A DNA stretch of 63,348 nt, filler included, from Octopus bimaculoides (taxonomy: Eukaryota): NCBI RefSeq assembly GCF_001194135.2. It is 6 parts of 4 records of this genome, joined end to end, with 100 filler letters (N's around TTAATTAATTAA, not from the genome) between each part and the next. Parts side by side here need not be neighbours in the genome. Positions count along the whole stretch, not along the records: positions 33,897 to 53,007 come from NC_068984.1; 5 more parts are not named here. The stretch is one strand, 5' to 3'. The translations under genes and the position numbers were made by a program. The stretch's first letter is position 1, and each line of letters opens with the position of its first letter. Positions 35,339 to 50,019 of this stretch are shown here, piece by piece. The notes beneath the pieces were generated by a model. The model saw only the letters and a list, made by a program, of their open reading frames with translations. It was not told the DNA's origin and did no database searches.

Positions 35339-37498
35339 NNNNNNNNNNNNNNNNNNNNNNNNNNNNNNNNNNNNNNNNNNNNNNNNNNNNNNNNNNNNNN
35401 NNNNNNNNNNNNNNNNNNNNNNNNNNNNNNNNNNNNNNNNNNNNNNNNNNNNNNNNNNNNNNNNNNNNNNNNNNNNNNNNNNNNNNNNNNNNNNNNNNNN
35501 NNNNNNNNNNNNNNNNNNNNNNNNNNNNNNNNNNNNNNNNNNNNNNNNNNNNNNNNNNNNNNNNNNNNNNNNNNNNNNNNNNNNNNNNNNNNNNNNNNNN
35601 NNNNNNNNNNNNNNNNNNNNNNNNNNNNNNNNNNNNNNNNNNNNNNNNNNNNNNNNNNNNNNNNNNNNNNNNNNNNNNNNNNNNNNNNNNNNNNNNNNNN
35701 NNNNNNNNNNNNNNNNNNNNNNNNNNNNNNNNNNNNNNNNNNNNNNNNNNNNNNNNNNNNNNNNNNNNNNNNNNNNNNNNNNNNNNNNNNNNNNNNNNNN
35801 NNNNNNNNNNNNNNNNNNNNNNNNNNNNNNNNNNNNNNNNNNNNNNNNNNNNNNNNNNNNNNNNNNNNNNNNNNNNNNNNNNNNNNNNNNNNNNNNNNNN
35901 NNNNNNNNNNNNNNNNNNNNNNNNNNNNNNNNNNNNNNNNNNNNNNNNNNNNNNNNNNNNNNNNNNNNNNNNNNNNNNNNNNNNNNNNNNNNNNNNNNNN
36001 NNNNNNNNNNNNNNNNNNNNNNNNNNNNNNNNNNNNNNNNNNNNNNNNNNNNNNNNNNATATATATATGTATATATATATATATATATATGTATATAGAT
36101 ATATCTGTGTATGTGTCACACCTTCGTTTGTCCTTCGCTCTTTTTGAAAGGTTATCGTAGTGTTTTGATACGAAGAAGTACCCCCATCCAAACACGGGTC
36201 ACACACGCAAGAACCGCAATGGATCCAATGGAGATTACGGATGGCGGTTTAGTCAGGCTTGTTATATAACCTGCAATATTATTCTAAACATCTTGAATAT
36301 GGTAAACGATATGAAACAGAACACACGACCCGAAGACAGCGTATTAGAATTCGAAATAATTTCATAAATGTGAAAAATGTGAGGAATATATGCCTCTGAC
36401 GCAAATTATAACTTGATTCGCAAGCTATTGATTTAATAGGAGGCCCCTGTATAACGAAAGTGTATTCGGCTGTTAAAAGCGTTTGAAGTGAGTCACATCA
36501 ATATGCAGAATATGTTGGTAAATGCATTTATAATTCACTGCGCATTAGAATATTCCGCTATATACATTCGTTTGTCACACACGAAGCTTAGGAAAGCAAG
36601 GCGAAAGGATTGCCCAGAATACGATGGTCACTTAAGACAGAGGAAACTCGCTCAGTTAAATGACCAGAATAAAATAGAATAAGAGAGAAGAAACGATACA
36701 TCACGGTAACTGGCGGAAATCTTATCAAGAGAAATTAACCTTGCAAATTGATAATCATAAGAATTCCTACCGTGTTCAATACGATAGGCCGTCTTTATCT
36801 ACCGCCGCAGGTCGTATACCGAGTTCTCATCGCTTATAAGACTTTTCCATTCCTTTGAGAATTCACTTCCTGTGAAGTTAATGCTGTCCAATTTCCTAAA
36901 TATTTGCTTGTCAATGAAATTAGATGTAACCACAAACGCTATGATGGCCACACGACGACTTACTCATTAAAACAGCCGCCCTTTACATATCCACATACAC
37001 AGGCGAAACGGTGAATGCTATCGATCTGTTATTACATTGATTTGGACATGTTGTGAGTTACGGTAGATATGGTCAGAATAGGTTGACCACCAATAAGTAA
37101 GATTTTGTATGAAACCCGGTTGTGAGGTAGACGGTGTATGGGAAAAAGACAAAACACAGGGGACGAGATTGTTTATTGCAAAAGGTCAGAAGGAATATAA
37201 TGCTATTGTATAAAGGGTGTGTGTGTTCATGGCTGTGTGTATGTGTGTGCGTGTGTGTCAGTGTGTGTATGTCTATAAGCATATGCTTATGTGAGTATAA
37301 CAGACATATGCGTGTGCGTGTGTGTGTGTGTGAGTGTGTGTGTGTGTGCGCGCGTGTATGTGTCTTTTTGTGCGTGTTTGCCCACTACCACCGCCCGAAA
37401 ACCGGTGTTGGTATGTTTACGTCTATGCAACTTAGTAGTTAGTGTAAAGACTGAAACAAGTACAGGATAAAAGATAAGGCTATATATANNNNNNNNNN

Positions 37499-37582
<84 letters not shown>

Positions 37583-37790
37583 CATATATATACATAAGTA
37601 TATATACATATATATATATATACATATATGTACATATATACGTACATTTATATATATATATATATGTATATATATAAATACATATATATATATACATACA
37701 TTTTTCTATATATACGTATATATCTATATCTATATCTATGTCTATCTAATAATCTAATAATCTATCTATATATATATGCATATATGTACA

Positions 37791-37880
<90 letters not shown>

Positions 37881-39593
37881 TGTACATATATATTTCTGTG
37901 ACTAATGTGTTTGTGCTGTGTATGTCACACAAGCGCACACACACGCCACGCACATATATATACATATATGCATAATGTTATATACATGCGTCTGTGTGCG
38001 TGTGGATGCGTGCGGGTGCGTGTGAGTGTGCGTGTGTGTTGTGTAGGTATGCATCTAGACACACACAGAGATGGATCAAGATATAGAGAGGCATAACAAG
38101 GTTAAAGAAACGAGAGAGAGAGAGAGGGGGGGGGAGGAACAGAGAAAAGGAGAAAGAGAAAAAGGAAATAGGGAGAGAATAATTGCATAACAATATATTC
38201 GCATCGAGGCATTCATTTCTCGGCGATAGATGTACAACGAATGGCTGTACGGAGGGAAGCATGAAGGTATGTACTTAGCAGTACCGTGTTGCATGTTAGA
38301 CACCAACAGATCTATTTAATTGAAATGACCGTTCAATAGATAACATCTACAGTAAAGGCACTGCGCCCTTTGTGAAGACATTAAATGCATTTAGAGACTT
38401 CGATGTATTCATGCGTTCTATTGGTGCAATAATAGAACCACTGATGCACAAGAATCTACATATTCATATGGGTACATACAAGCACACATACATGCATATA
38501 TATGCATATATATATATAGAGAGAGAGAGATATGCAGATAATACATACACATGCGCATATTTATATCTGCATTTGCGTCTATGTATTTATGCATGCGTGT
38601 TTATGTGTGTGTGCATGTATGTATTCTTCTCTGTGAGCATATGACTATGTGTGTCTAGCCCAGTGCTTAGGTTGCTGGGCTGAGGAACATAATGCCATGG
38701 GTTCGATATGTGAACCGTGTGACGTATTATATCCGTCTAATCAGCCTAAAATATTTAGCACTTAACTGCAGATGCTGCTCTTTATCTTCTACCAGCTGTC
38801 ACCCCCCACCAATGTCCAGCTGGGTTGAGTAGTTGAAGGGCTGCCAAAGAGTCAACATCAGCTCACGACTCTACAGGCACCTGAACCAGTTCACGAAAGC
38901 ATGGTACATACATTCAAGCCATACTCATTTACGACTGACGGACATCGTTTTTCTGTATGCTTATACGCATACGCACGTATATACGTTTATTAACAACAAT
39001 GAGTCCGACAAAATATATCGTTTCATCAACAATGACATAAGGGGGGAACCAAAAAAGTGTTTGTTGGGATCGTTGTTCTTCAACTGCACTTCACCAGATG
39101 TTCTCTTCATAAAATGCTTCTGCATCGTAATTGTTGTCATTGTATCCACAACCTCTCAGTGCGGATAGGCTGACAATATTTGTACGACTACTGCATTTAA
39201 TAGTATAAGATATATATATTAAACTCGACTCCGTCGGTCACGAATGACCCTTGGTGCACCTAAGAGGTACAAATCTTGGGTACAAGTCTGGGGTACAAGT
39301 CTGGGCGGAAAGTCGCCTCACCGGCGAAAGCAAAAACCTAGGGTTGTTTTTATGGAAGACCAGCAGTCGCCCATGCATACCAGCCTCCCCTCTCCACCAA
39401 TGTTATCCAACGGAAAGTCATAAGGGCCGATACAGCTTGTTACTACTGATGTCGCAACTTCTTTCTACACGTGAGTGAACTGCAGCAATGTGAAATAAAG
39501 TGTCTTGCTCAATAACACAACACACAGCCCGGTCCGGGTATCGAACTCACAACCTCACGATCGTAAGCTCGACTCTCTCCCTATCTCTCTCTC

Positions 39594-39666
<73 letters not shown>

Positions 39667-39965
39667 GAATATATATGCATTTATATGCATATATATACAT
39701 TTATAAATGCATATATATATATACATATATATGCATATATATGTATATGAATCTATATGCATATATCTATATGCATAGATATATGCATGCATATACATAT
39801 ATATGCACAAACATATAAATACGTACTTGTTTGTAATATATATACTCTAATATACACATGCACATACACAGCCTTGGGTGGTGAAAGTGAGTGTATACAC
39901 ATGTATGTATATATTTTAATTTTTGTGAAAAATTACAAGACGTATAGAACCTTATTGATGATATA

Positions 39966-40387
39966 ATGAAAATGGCGGTGGAATTTGACCTACAAACGGT
40001 ACAACAATGAAACTTATTGCCTGTTTAAGTAACACCTCACCAGACTCCCGCATCATCCACCATCCTACGCAATGCTAAAATTAAACAGAGCTTCTTTCAA
40101 AGCGTATAAAACCCTTTGTTCGTCCTGCTGACAACAGACATATGAACGTAGTAAGTGGTGCTGAACGTCGGTTGTCGTCTGCCATGCATCAGCGAAGTGA
40201 ATCAGGATAATTTTGTACGTTCTTGAGGAAAGATGTGGACTTGTGTCGGCAAGTGGAAAGAAGCTGGATATATTTTTAACATTTGGTCGGACGGCAGATG
40301 GTGTGGAACTTTGTTGGGATGTTACTTAAACAGATAGTAAGTTTCATTGTGTACCGTTTGTAGATGAAATTCCACTGCCATCTTCAT
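39966..40387. mobile_element. Degenerate long-TIR foldback element
   Basis: 39966-40034 matches the reverse complement of 40320-40387 (ATGAAAATGGCGGTGGAATTT...TTAAGTAACA). Weaker symmetry continues inward to about 40155. Confidence 0.65.
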
Positions 40388-40459
40388 CAAATCATCAATA
40401 ACTTTCTTATGATAAATATCCTTAAGTATTCTCTTCATTTCGTTTGGGAAGTATATTCT

Positions 40460-40885
40460 TTTCGACTCTAGGCAGACGGCCCGAAATTTTGGGAGTGGGG
40501 CAGTCGATTAAATCGACCACAGTACGCAACTGGTATTTAATTTATCGACCCCTAAAGGATGAGAGGCAAAGTCGATCTCGGCGGCATTTGAACTCAGAAC
40601 GTAACGGCAGACGAAATACCGCTAAGCATTTCGCCCGGCGTGCTAACGTTTCTTATTTCTTTATTGCCCAAAAGGGGCTAAACATATAGGGGACAAACAA
40701 GGACAGACATAGAGATTAAATCGATTACATCGACCCCAGTGCGTAACTGGTACTTAATTTATCGACCCCGAAAGGACGAAAGGCAAAGTCGACCTCGGCA
40801 GGATTTGAACTCAGAACGTAAAGACAGACGAGATACCGCTAAGCATTTCACCCGGCCTGCTAACGTTTCTGCCAGCTCACCACCT
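40460..40885 (-). mobile_element. Two tandem family A SINEs with CpGs retained
   Basis: Both contain CGACCCC...AAAGGA(T/C)GA.AGGCAAAGTCGA...ATTTGAACTCAGAACGTAA...GAAATACCGCTAAGCATTTC. Other copies lie at about 11310-11445, 34350-34680, 42731-42950, 47292-47500 and 47590-47808. Confidence 0.8.
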
Positions 40886-42565
40886 TGTTTGAGGAGAATA
40901 TGCAAACACCAACACTTTATTTACTGTATACTACACATCATTATCAAAGAATACAAAACGCTTATCTTCCTTCTCCTCCTCCGCCTTTCCCCTTTCATCA
41001 TTTTCGTCGTGGAACTTCAACGAGATTCCTCAACCTGCTGCAAGTAATAGCCAAATCTTGCTCAATCTTTCCCCCACCACACGCACTTTCTGTGCTAGAA
41101 ATGGCTAAATATACGGACTGGCCGACTCATCTTCGTGGTTGACACCACTTTATTTATCTTTGTCATCGTTTATTTTCTTGTTATTTTGTAAAGCATGTTT
41201 AGTTGTTACACGATCCTTCACTGTCTGCTATTTCATACCACGTGACCCACCGCAGTGAACAAAGAAGAGGAAAAAGGGCGAAAGAAAAGAAGGAATTCAC
41301 CACAGGTCAAGTTTAGCTTCGTTTAGCAATAGTCTACTGTCTTCAATTGGAAAAAAAAAAAAAAAAGCAAACGTCATGCTGTGAAATGAGTAATTTTATT
41401 TCGCTGCATTAGCTGGTCGTACATATTGACAACAGAAAAGAAGAGAGAAAGAAAGCACCGCGCCATTAAGGCTAAGAGCGCAAAGAGGAAGAAAGAAAGC
41501 CAATAAGGTGAGGCTTTCTTTAGAAGCGATTTGACAAACATACACAAAAATGACAACAAAAGTTGGCCACCATTGTCACCACTATCATCATCACCACAAC
41601 AACAACGCTAACAATACTAGCGCAAGAACCTCAGCGCTACCACAACACTACCACTATCACTCACCACAACCCCCCCCCCCCNNNNNNNNNNNNNNNNNNN
41701 NNNNNNNCACCTTTAATAAAACAGCCACAGGCCTGTGTGACAGGCCACGCAACCTTACATTGTCAACAGCAGTGACGAGTTATGTTAAAGACCAGCAATC
41801 ACATTACAACTACATCAGCCATCTTTGCTGCTCCACCGCTCCAACTCTGCGTAAACCTGTTTATCCTCCCGACTCCTCCGGCAAGGAATTAAAGATGGAA
41901 GCAGTAGTGTCGCGGTGTGTTTGCAAGGAAGTTGGTGGCAAAAGAGAATTGCGACGGGGACACATGGGCGAGGAACGAGACCTGGTAGGGTGGGGCATTC
42001 TTACGAAAAATGATGAATTACCTACCAAAAGATGCTGCGTCGGCTGTCGATGATTGATGGCCAATTAGTCTTAAGTTGTTCTTTAATTACAAGATGGAAA
42101 CCATATCGCTACCTGTATACACAATAGCAAATACCAAAACTGGTGACAATCATGATTGAATGGAGGTGGGGGAGGGAACGACATTGCTGAATATGTTGTT
42201 GGTGGTGGTGATGGTGGTGGTGGTGGTAGTGGTGGTGATGATGGTGGTGATGATGGTGATGGGGATGATGATGGCGGTGGTGATGACGATGGTAATGTAG
42301 AAGGTGGTGGAGATGGAGATGTTGGTGATTGAAGTGATGGTGTTGGTGATGGTTGTGACGGTGGTGATGGTGGTGATGTGGGGGTGGGGTGATGGTGGTG
42401 AACGTGGGGATGATGGTGATGTTAGTGTTGGTGTTGTTGATTGCAGTGAATTTGGCGATGGTGGCGTTGACGATAACAAAAGTCATTGTGCTACAAGGGA
42501 TGCTGGTATATGTGACGGTGGAGATGTGGGTGACGATGCAGACAATGATGATGGAGATGGTGGTG

Positions 42566-42616
<51 letters not shown>

Positions 42617-42626
42617 GTTGTTGTTT

Positions 42627-42658
<32 letters not shown>

Positions 42659-42999
42659 CTTCTTCTTCTTCTTCTTCTTCTTCTTTTTCTTCTTCTTCTT
42701 CTTCTTCTTCTTACTATTATTATTATTATTAAGGCGGCGAGCTGGCAGAATCGTTAGTACGCCGAAGTAAAACGCTGTGCGGCATTTCGTCCGTCTCTAC
42801 GTTCTGAGATCAAATTCTGCCGAGCTCGACTTTACCTTTCATTCTTCCAGGATCGAATAAAATAAGTACCAGTCAAGTACTGGGGGTCGATGTAATCAAC
42901 TTCACCCACCCTTGAAATTGCTGGCCTAGTGCCAAAATTTTGAAACCTTTATTGTAATAGTAATAATGCTGATGACGCTGGTGGTGGTGGTGGTGGTGG

Positions 43000-43031
<32 letters not shown>

Positions 43032-43168
43032 AGGATGATGATGATGATGATGATGAGGAGGAGGAGGAGGAGGAGGATGATAATGATGATGATGATGATG
43101 ATGATGATGATATGATGATGATGATGATGATGTTGATGATGTTGATGATGATGATGATGATGTGATGG

Positions 43169-43199
<31 letters not shown>

Positions 43200-43322
43200 A
43201 TGATGATGATGATGATGTGATGGTGATGATGATGATGACGATGATGATGACGACGACGATGATGATGATGATGATGATGATGACGACGGCGGCGATGATG
43301 ATGGTGATGGCGATGATGATGG

Positions 43323-43354
<32 letters not shown>

Positions 43355-46300
43355 TACATGGAGAAGATGGTGACTGAGATGGTGGTTCTTGCGCTGATGG
43401 TTGTGGTGGTGGTTTAGTCCCTGTTAATCCCTAACTCAGTAGATCTATGATAAGGCACATTCCCGCCGTGACCGTCTCGTCGGTTTACTTTCTGCAAGGA
43501 CCTCCGGAACACATCTAACGTATTGTTCTCACTTCTTTTTTTTTTGTTATGGAGACGGTGGTGTGTGATTTGAGAGCGATTTGACTGCAGTATCCATCAG
43601 GGTGGGCATCCAAGGGGAGCGTCTCTATGTTGGCTCACATCATTTACTGTGCATAGACGTTGTTTTTTATTCTTTCAGTTGTTTTTGTTATTTTTGTTGT
43701 CAGCTCAGGCCGATGAGACATATAATGCAAAGCGTTCCGCCTGTGATCGTCCCTTTGGACTCTTATGCAGAGAACAACTCAAACCACATAATCTAATGTG
43801 TTCTTAATTTCCAACAGAACTGTAGTTAGCAAGTTTGGTTGAGGATCGAATTCGGAGCTGGCAGATTATTGTACCTCTACCTGCATCTGTAGCATCCGCT
43901 GTCAAGCGATTGTGGGGACAAACACGGCCACACAAATATATATATATATANNNNNNNNNNNNNNNNNNNNNNNNNNNNNNNNNNNNNNNNNNNNNNNNNN
44001 NNNNNNNNNNNNNNNNNNNNNNNNNNNNNNNNNNNNNNNNNNNNNNNNNNNNNNNNNNNNNNNNNNNNNNNNNNNNNNNNNNNNNNNNNNNNNNNNNNNN
44101 NNNNNNNNNNNNNNNNNNNNNNNNNNNNNNNNNNNNNNNNNNNNNNNNNNNNNNNNNNNNNNNNNNNNNNNNNNNNNNNNNNNNNNNNNNNNNNNNNNNN
44201 NNNNNNNNNNNNNNNNNNNNNNNNNNNNNNNNNNNNNNNNNNNNNNNNNNNNNNNNNNNNNNNNNNNNNNNNNNNNNNNNNNNNNNNNNNNNNNNNNNNN
44301 NNNNNNNNNNNNNNNNNNNNNNNNNNNNNNNNNNNNNNNNNNNNNNNNNNNNNNNNNNNNNNNNNNNNNNNNNNNNNNNNNNNNNNNNNNNNNNNNNNNN
44401 NNNNNNNNNNNNNNNNNNNNNNNNNNNNNNNNNNNNNNNNNNNNNNNNNNNNNNNNNNNNNNNNNNNNNNNNNNNNNNNNNNNNNNNNNNNNNNNNNNNN
44501 NNNNNNNNNNNNNNNNNNNNNNNNNNNNNNNNNNNNNNNNNNNNNNNNNNNNNNNNNNNNNNNNNNNNNNNNNNNNNNNNNNNNNNNNNNNNNNNNNNNN
44601 NNNNNNNNNNNNNNNNNNNNNNNNNNNNNNNNNNNNNNNNNNNNNNNNNNNNNNNNNNNNNNNNNNNNNNNNNNNNNNNNNNNNNNNNNNNNNNNNNNNN
44701 NNNNNNNNNNNNNNNNNNNNNNNNNNNNNNNNNNNNNNNNNNNNNNNNNNNNNNNNNNNNNNNNNNNNNNNNNNNNNNNNNNNNNNNNNNNNNNNNNNNA
44801 TATCAGTATATATCAGTATTTCTCACCACACCTTTTTTTGCCTATGAACCCCCTTGATTCCTGTTTTATTCGGGTGGTCCCTCATAGCCATTCGATGCTT
44901 TAAAAATCCTTTTTTTTTATAATTAAATATTATTAGAGATTATATAAAGACAATCGTTAAAATATTTTGTATATTGTACAAGTATACGCAATTTATTACA
45001 CATAAACTTTAACTGCCGAAAACTAGACAACCCCTCTCAGCAAAGGGTCGCAGAAAAGTGCCACTGATCTATATCTATAAATTATAATTCATTGCAGAGA
45101 GTCTTCAGAGAAAAAAAAAAAGGAGATAAAAACAAGCCAATACAACGTGGGTCCAGAATGTGTAACGGCAGTCAGTCCTCCTTCAAACTGCCTGCACGTT
45201 CAAAAAGAAATAGGAAATTACACAGTCCAACACAACCCTAAAAACGGAGATGGTCATGGCTAGAATATTTTATGTTTATCAGTTCGTTCAACAAAGGCAA
45301 ACCCGGGGCTAAACAATGAAAGCAACAAAAACAACAAGGTCGTTTGTGATTAGATGTTTATTTGTTTATTGTTGAGAAATGGGAAACTGGGAGACATTAT
45401 CGTCTTTTTTTTAGTGTTTTTTTTTCATGTCCAGAATTATTCGAGAAGAATTATCATGGCCTTTAGCCAGGCTTCAGTTTCGCTATAAGAATATTTGTCA
45501 GATAAATAACTTATCTATATATGTGTGTGTATANNNNNNNNNNNNNNNNNNNNNNNNNNNNNNNNNNNNNNNNNNNNNNNNNNNNNNNNNNNNNNNNNNN
45601 NNNNNNNNNNNNNNNNNNNNNNNNNNNNNNNNNNNNNNNNNNNNNNNNNNNNNNNNNNNNNNNNNNNNNNNNNNNNNNNNNNNNNNNNNNNNNNNNNNNN
45701 NNNNNNNNNNNNNNNNNNNNNNNNNNNNNNNNNNNNNNNNNNNNNNNNNNNNNNNNNNNNNNNNNNNNNNNNNNNNNNNNNNNNNNNNNNNNNNNNNNNN
45801 NNNNNNNNNNNNNNNNNNNNNNNNNNNNNNNNNNNNNNNNNNNNNNNNNNNNNNNNNNNNNNNNNNNNNNNNNNNNNNNNNNNNNNNNNNNNNNNNNNNN
45901 NNNNNNNNNNNNNNNNNNNNNNNNNNNNNNNNNNNNNNNNNNNNNNNNNNNNNNNNNNNNNNNNNNNNNNNNNNNNNNNNNNNNNNNNNNNNTATATATA
46001 TATATATATATACATACATATAAATGTATCTATGTATGTATTAATATCAAAAGTTACCTTTATACTACATTTCATAGAATCTTTATCTAACAACGAAGTC
46101 ACGTAGTATTCGCCAACAAACAACAAAATCCATTCTTCTTATGATTTGCCTCTTAATTATTTTCACAAATTTTACTCAAAGGTTATGTGTACTTTAACAG
46201 CGAACAGCAACGACTTCACCGAATACAAAGAAGAGTTTTCTCTCGCATTCTCAAATCTATGAATATTTTATTACAAATATTATTAATTACTCATTCATAT

Positions 46301-46625
46301 CAATTTCTAATTTCTCTATATTGCTCGCTTTTTATTGATACCAATAGCAATTGATACCATAGCAATAATAATTAGTTTTTGATGTTTTTTTCTCTAAAAT
46401 TATTCAAATATGTTTCGACATAATTTTAAAGGGAAACATTTATAAAAACATTATATCATAATCATATTGATGGTTGTGTGGTTAAGCAACGCGATTTACA
46501 ACGGTGCAGTTTCCGGTTCAATCACACAGCGGGGCCCCCGTGCCAACCAATCCTTTGTGTGATAACGATTCTGCCAGCTCGATTCCTTAAAAACAACAAC
46601 AGCAACAACAGTAATAATAATAATA

Positions 46626-47231
46626 GACTTGCCCCAAACCATTACACGTTGTGGCGACACGACCAGGTAGCGAAATTGCTACATTGGAAACTGTGAAAAG
46701 TGGGGGTTAGAGAGAGGCGAGGTGTGATATGAGCACAAGCAGCAGAGAATGGCAGAATCGGAGGCTAACAAAATCCTCTGGGATTTCCCAATTCAAACAG
46801 ATCAGGTGCTAAAGCATAACAGATCGGACCTAGAGGTGGTGGACAAAGTGCACCACATATGCTATATAGTTGATGTTGCATGCCCCTTTGACCCACGAGT
46901 AGTCAAGAAGGAAGGCAAAAAGATAGATAGATACAACCCGCTTCAGTACGAAATAACCCGGCTATTGAAAATGATGAAGGTGAAGACAGTGCCAGTTATT
47001 GTTGGGTCCTTGGGGACATTATCGGAAGGCATCAAGAGGAATATAGAGGAAATTGGAATAGAGTGCCCAGTAGAACTGTTACGAAAAGTCTACCTCCTTG
47101 GTACGGCCAAAATAATCAGGACAGTATTAGATAGCTGAAAAGAACGAATAGCATGGTACCATAGGCTGCGGGTGGTAAGCCCGCTACGCATGCAAGACGC
47201 CAGGAGATCCAATAAAACCTGTGATAAAAAG

Positions 47232-47293
<62 letters not shown>
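46626..47293 (+). mobile_element. 5'-truncated R4/Dong-like non-LTR retrotransposon 3' end (RLE endonuclease) with (ATA)n tail
   Basis: RHDQVAKLLHWKL, then KILWDFPIQTDQVLKHNRSDLEVVDK...IVDVACPFD...KKIDRY...PVIVGSLG (46749-47138), a restriction-like endonuclease of the R4 clade. Flanked by AAT/AAC repeats on both sides. Confidence 0.85.
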
Positions 47294-47500
47294 CTTTTCT
47301 TCTCTAAGTACAAGGGCTGAAATTTTGGGGGAGGGGGTAAGTCGATTAGATCGACCCAGTACACAACTGGTACTTAATTTATCGACCCCGCGAGAGGACG
47401 AAAAGCAAAGTCGACTTCGGCAGAATTTGAATTCAGGACGTAATGACAGACGAAATGCCGCTAAACATTTCGCCCGGCCTGCTAACGTTTCTGCCAGCCC

Positions 47501-47577
<77 letters not shown>

Positions 47578-47809
47578 GATGATGATGAAGAATACTTACT
47601 ACTATAGGCACAAGGCCTGGAATTTGAGGGGAGGGTATAGTCAATTGCATCGACCCCAGTACTTGACTGGTACTTAATTTATTGATCCCGAAAGGATGAA
47701 AGGCGAAGTCGATCTCAGTGGAATTTGAACTCGGGAGGTAGCGACGAGTGAAATACCGCTTAGCATTTAGTCCAGCGTGCTAACGATTCTGAAAGCACAC
47801 CGCCTTAGT

Positions 47810-47912
<103 letters not shown>

Positions 47913-48130
47913 GATATAGTCGTAGGAAGTAAAGCTGTTTTGAATAACAGATTTTGTAATTTTGCTTGAATATAAATGGCGATGTAAATCTATCAGGTAA
48001 AATGGTAGCCAAGCCTGCAAACGTAACTGTAGCATAAGAAACAATATATACACCAGGTTATAGACCAGCGGCTAGGGACCGAGAGAGAGAGAGAGAGAGA
48101 AAGAGANNNNNNNNNNNNNNNNNNNNNNNN

Positions 48131-48189
<59 letters not shown>

Positions 48190-48812
48190 GGAGATATTAG
48201 CTAAATATTTATAGACTTTATCTCATGGAAATTGGAGACGGATCCATACACACTGCGACAATATTGAATATCTACAGAGAATTCTTACTTATGTTCAAGA
48301 CGCATCTCACCTTTCTGCTTTTGGCTAAAAATGGCCATTCTCGTTAATTAGGAAACATTTTATCGAAATGTCTTGGAATTAATATTCTGCGTGAATTTCG
48401 TGCAAACATTTAAATGTTCTCTGCGCTTAATAGCGAGCATTCCCGCCAGACGAAGAAATTGCCGGGAGGCTGTTGGCTTCGCTTGGACACATCTCAGAAA
48501 ACTGACACAGTTTTCTGCTCAGGAAAAATAATAAAATCATCCAATGGATACCATTCTTATAACGTACCAATTCCTTTAGACTTTTCCAAGCTTGTTAATT
48601 CTTTTAAAAAAGAATCCGTTCTTAACATATTTCGTGTTCAAACTCAACGAAAAATAGCCAAGATACAGAGAGAGAGAGGGGGGGTGAGAGATAGGGAGAG
48701 AAAGTGGGGGGNNNNNNNNNNNNNNNNNNNNNNNNNNNATAGGAAGAGGGGGAGAGATGTTTAATGGATCTTTGAAATAGTTTTCCATTTCATTTTGTCT
48801 ATTATTCATAAA

Positions 48813-48968
48813 GTGGAGGCGCAATGGCCCAGGGTTAGGGCTGCGAACTCGCGGTCGGGGGATCGTGGTTTCGATTTCCAGCCCGGGCGTTGTTAGTGTT
48901 TATTGAGCGAAAACACCTAAAGCTCCACGAGGCTCCAGCAGGGTGTGGTGGTGAACCCTGCTGTACTT
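48813..48968 (+). mobile_element. tRNA-derived SINE head (family C), 3'-truncated
   Basis: GGAGGCGCAATGGCCCAGGGTTAGGGCTGCGAACTC...GGTTTCGATTTCC has A-box- and B-box-like motifs. No tRNA acceptor stem closes. Confidence 0.6.
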
Positions 48969-49129
48969 TTATATATATGTACACATATGCATACGCACAC
49001 ACACATATTTAATATATTAACATATCCATTCTTAATACGTCTGGTAGGTTCGAACGTGAATGTCTGATCGCTATTGATTTTCATCATCGGAGAATATTCC
49101 CTCCCTTTAAACAGTGTGTGTTCATAGCA

Positions 49130-50019
49130 CACATGATTCGTTAGTATAAAGGGGACAACGTTATTGTGCCCCATAGAATGGACATGATCAGCCAAAACAC
49201 TCAGATAATTCTTGACGTTAATTCTTCCATGGAAAACAACTAAAGGACTGAGAGAATTTCGTCATATGACTGCTCTTACCTTCACAGATCGACTGCAATG
49301 CTTCCCGGTGCAGGCTAGCCATTCAGGGTGGAAGGCTTTAGGCTGTCTCTAGACATAAGCTCAACCCGAAGTAGCGAAAAGAGTAAATGATGATTCATTA
49401 GAGAAGATATCACTGTTCCATTTAACCACTGACCACTTCTGATAGTCTAGACACCATTTTTTTCTGCTTATCGATGTTGATAGGAGACTGGAGAGGTTTA
49501 TCAATTGCAGTCTTCCCATAGTTTCTACTTTCTGAAGCTTTCAACGAACGTTTTTGGCTGCCATAGTTGTGGTCACCCTGGCTGACGTACTTCGGTGCTT
49601 TTTAAATACAATATTTATTTCACTACCCGTTGGTTTTTCTCTTTGAACTTTGCATGCTGTCCAAATTTATACTTTCCAATCTGGTCTTACCGTGGTTTTG
49701 AAATGCGAACATAATTGTGGACACTGTACCTCACGAAATATCAAACAATCCAGCTGTTTTAGTGATTGAAGCTATATCCACCCGTCTTCTAACAATACTT
49801 CCTCTATGGAAACCAGATACAGCAGGCGTTTTAACTTATTTTAACATAAATAACTGCAATAAAGAGCAATAATCAGATGACTATACCAAGAAAAAGAAAA
49901 GCATACATTGTGTATATGAATACATATGTAGAGGCTAGAATAATTTTGAATCTGTCATAATCGGCAATAGAAGAAGTTAAATAAAAGTGATGGTCCCATT
50001 AGTTTGTCCAACCTTTTTA
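49130..50019 (-). mobile_element. Highly degenerate Tc1 relic related to the 18005-19275 element
   Basis: Minus-strand translation gives LSGFHRGSIV, IFSNESSFTLF and LVVFHGRINVKNYLSVLADHVH. TIR remnant ATTAGTTTGTCCAACC at about 49998-50013. Confidence 0.7.

Noticed and set aside
42109-43417. His-rich, Thr-rich, Tyr/Cys/Ser-run ORFs
   Set aside because: Compound GGT/GAT/TAT/TGT/TCT microsatellites.
48813-48890. tRNA gene (also considered for the heads at 5486, 42731 and 53128)
   Set aside because: A/B-box-like motifs are present, but no cloverleaf closes and each continues into SINE body sequence.
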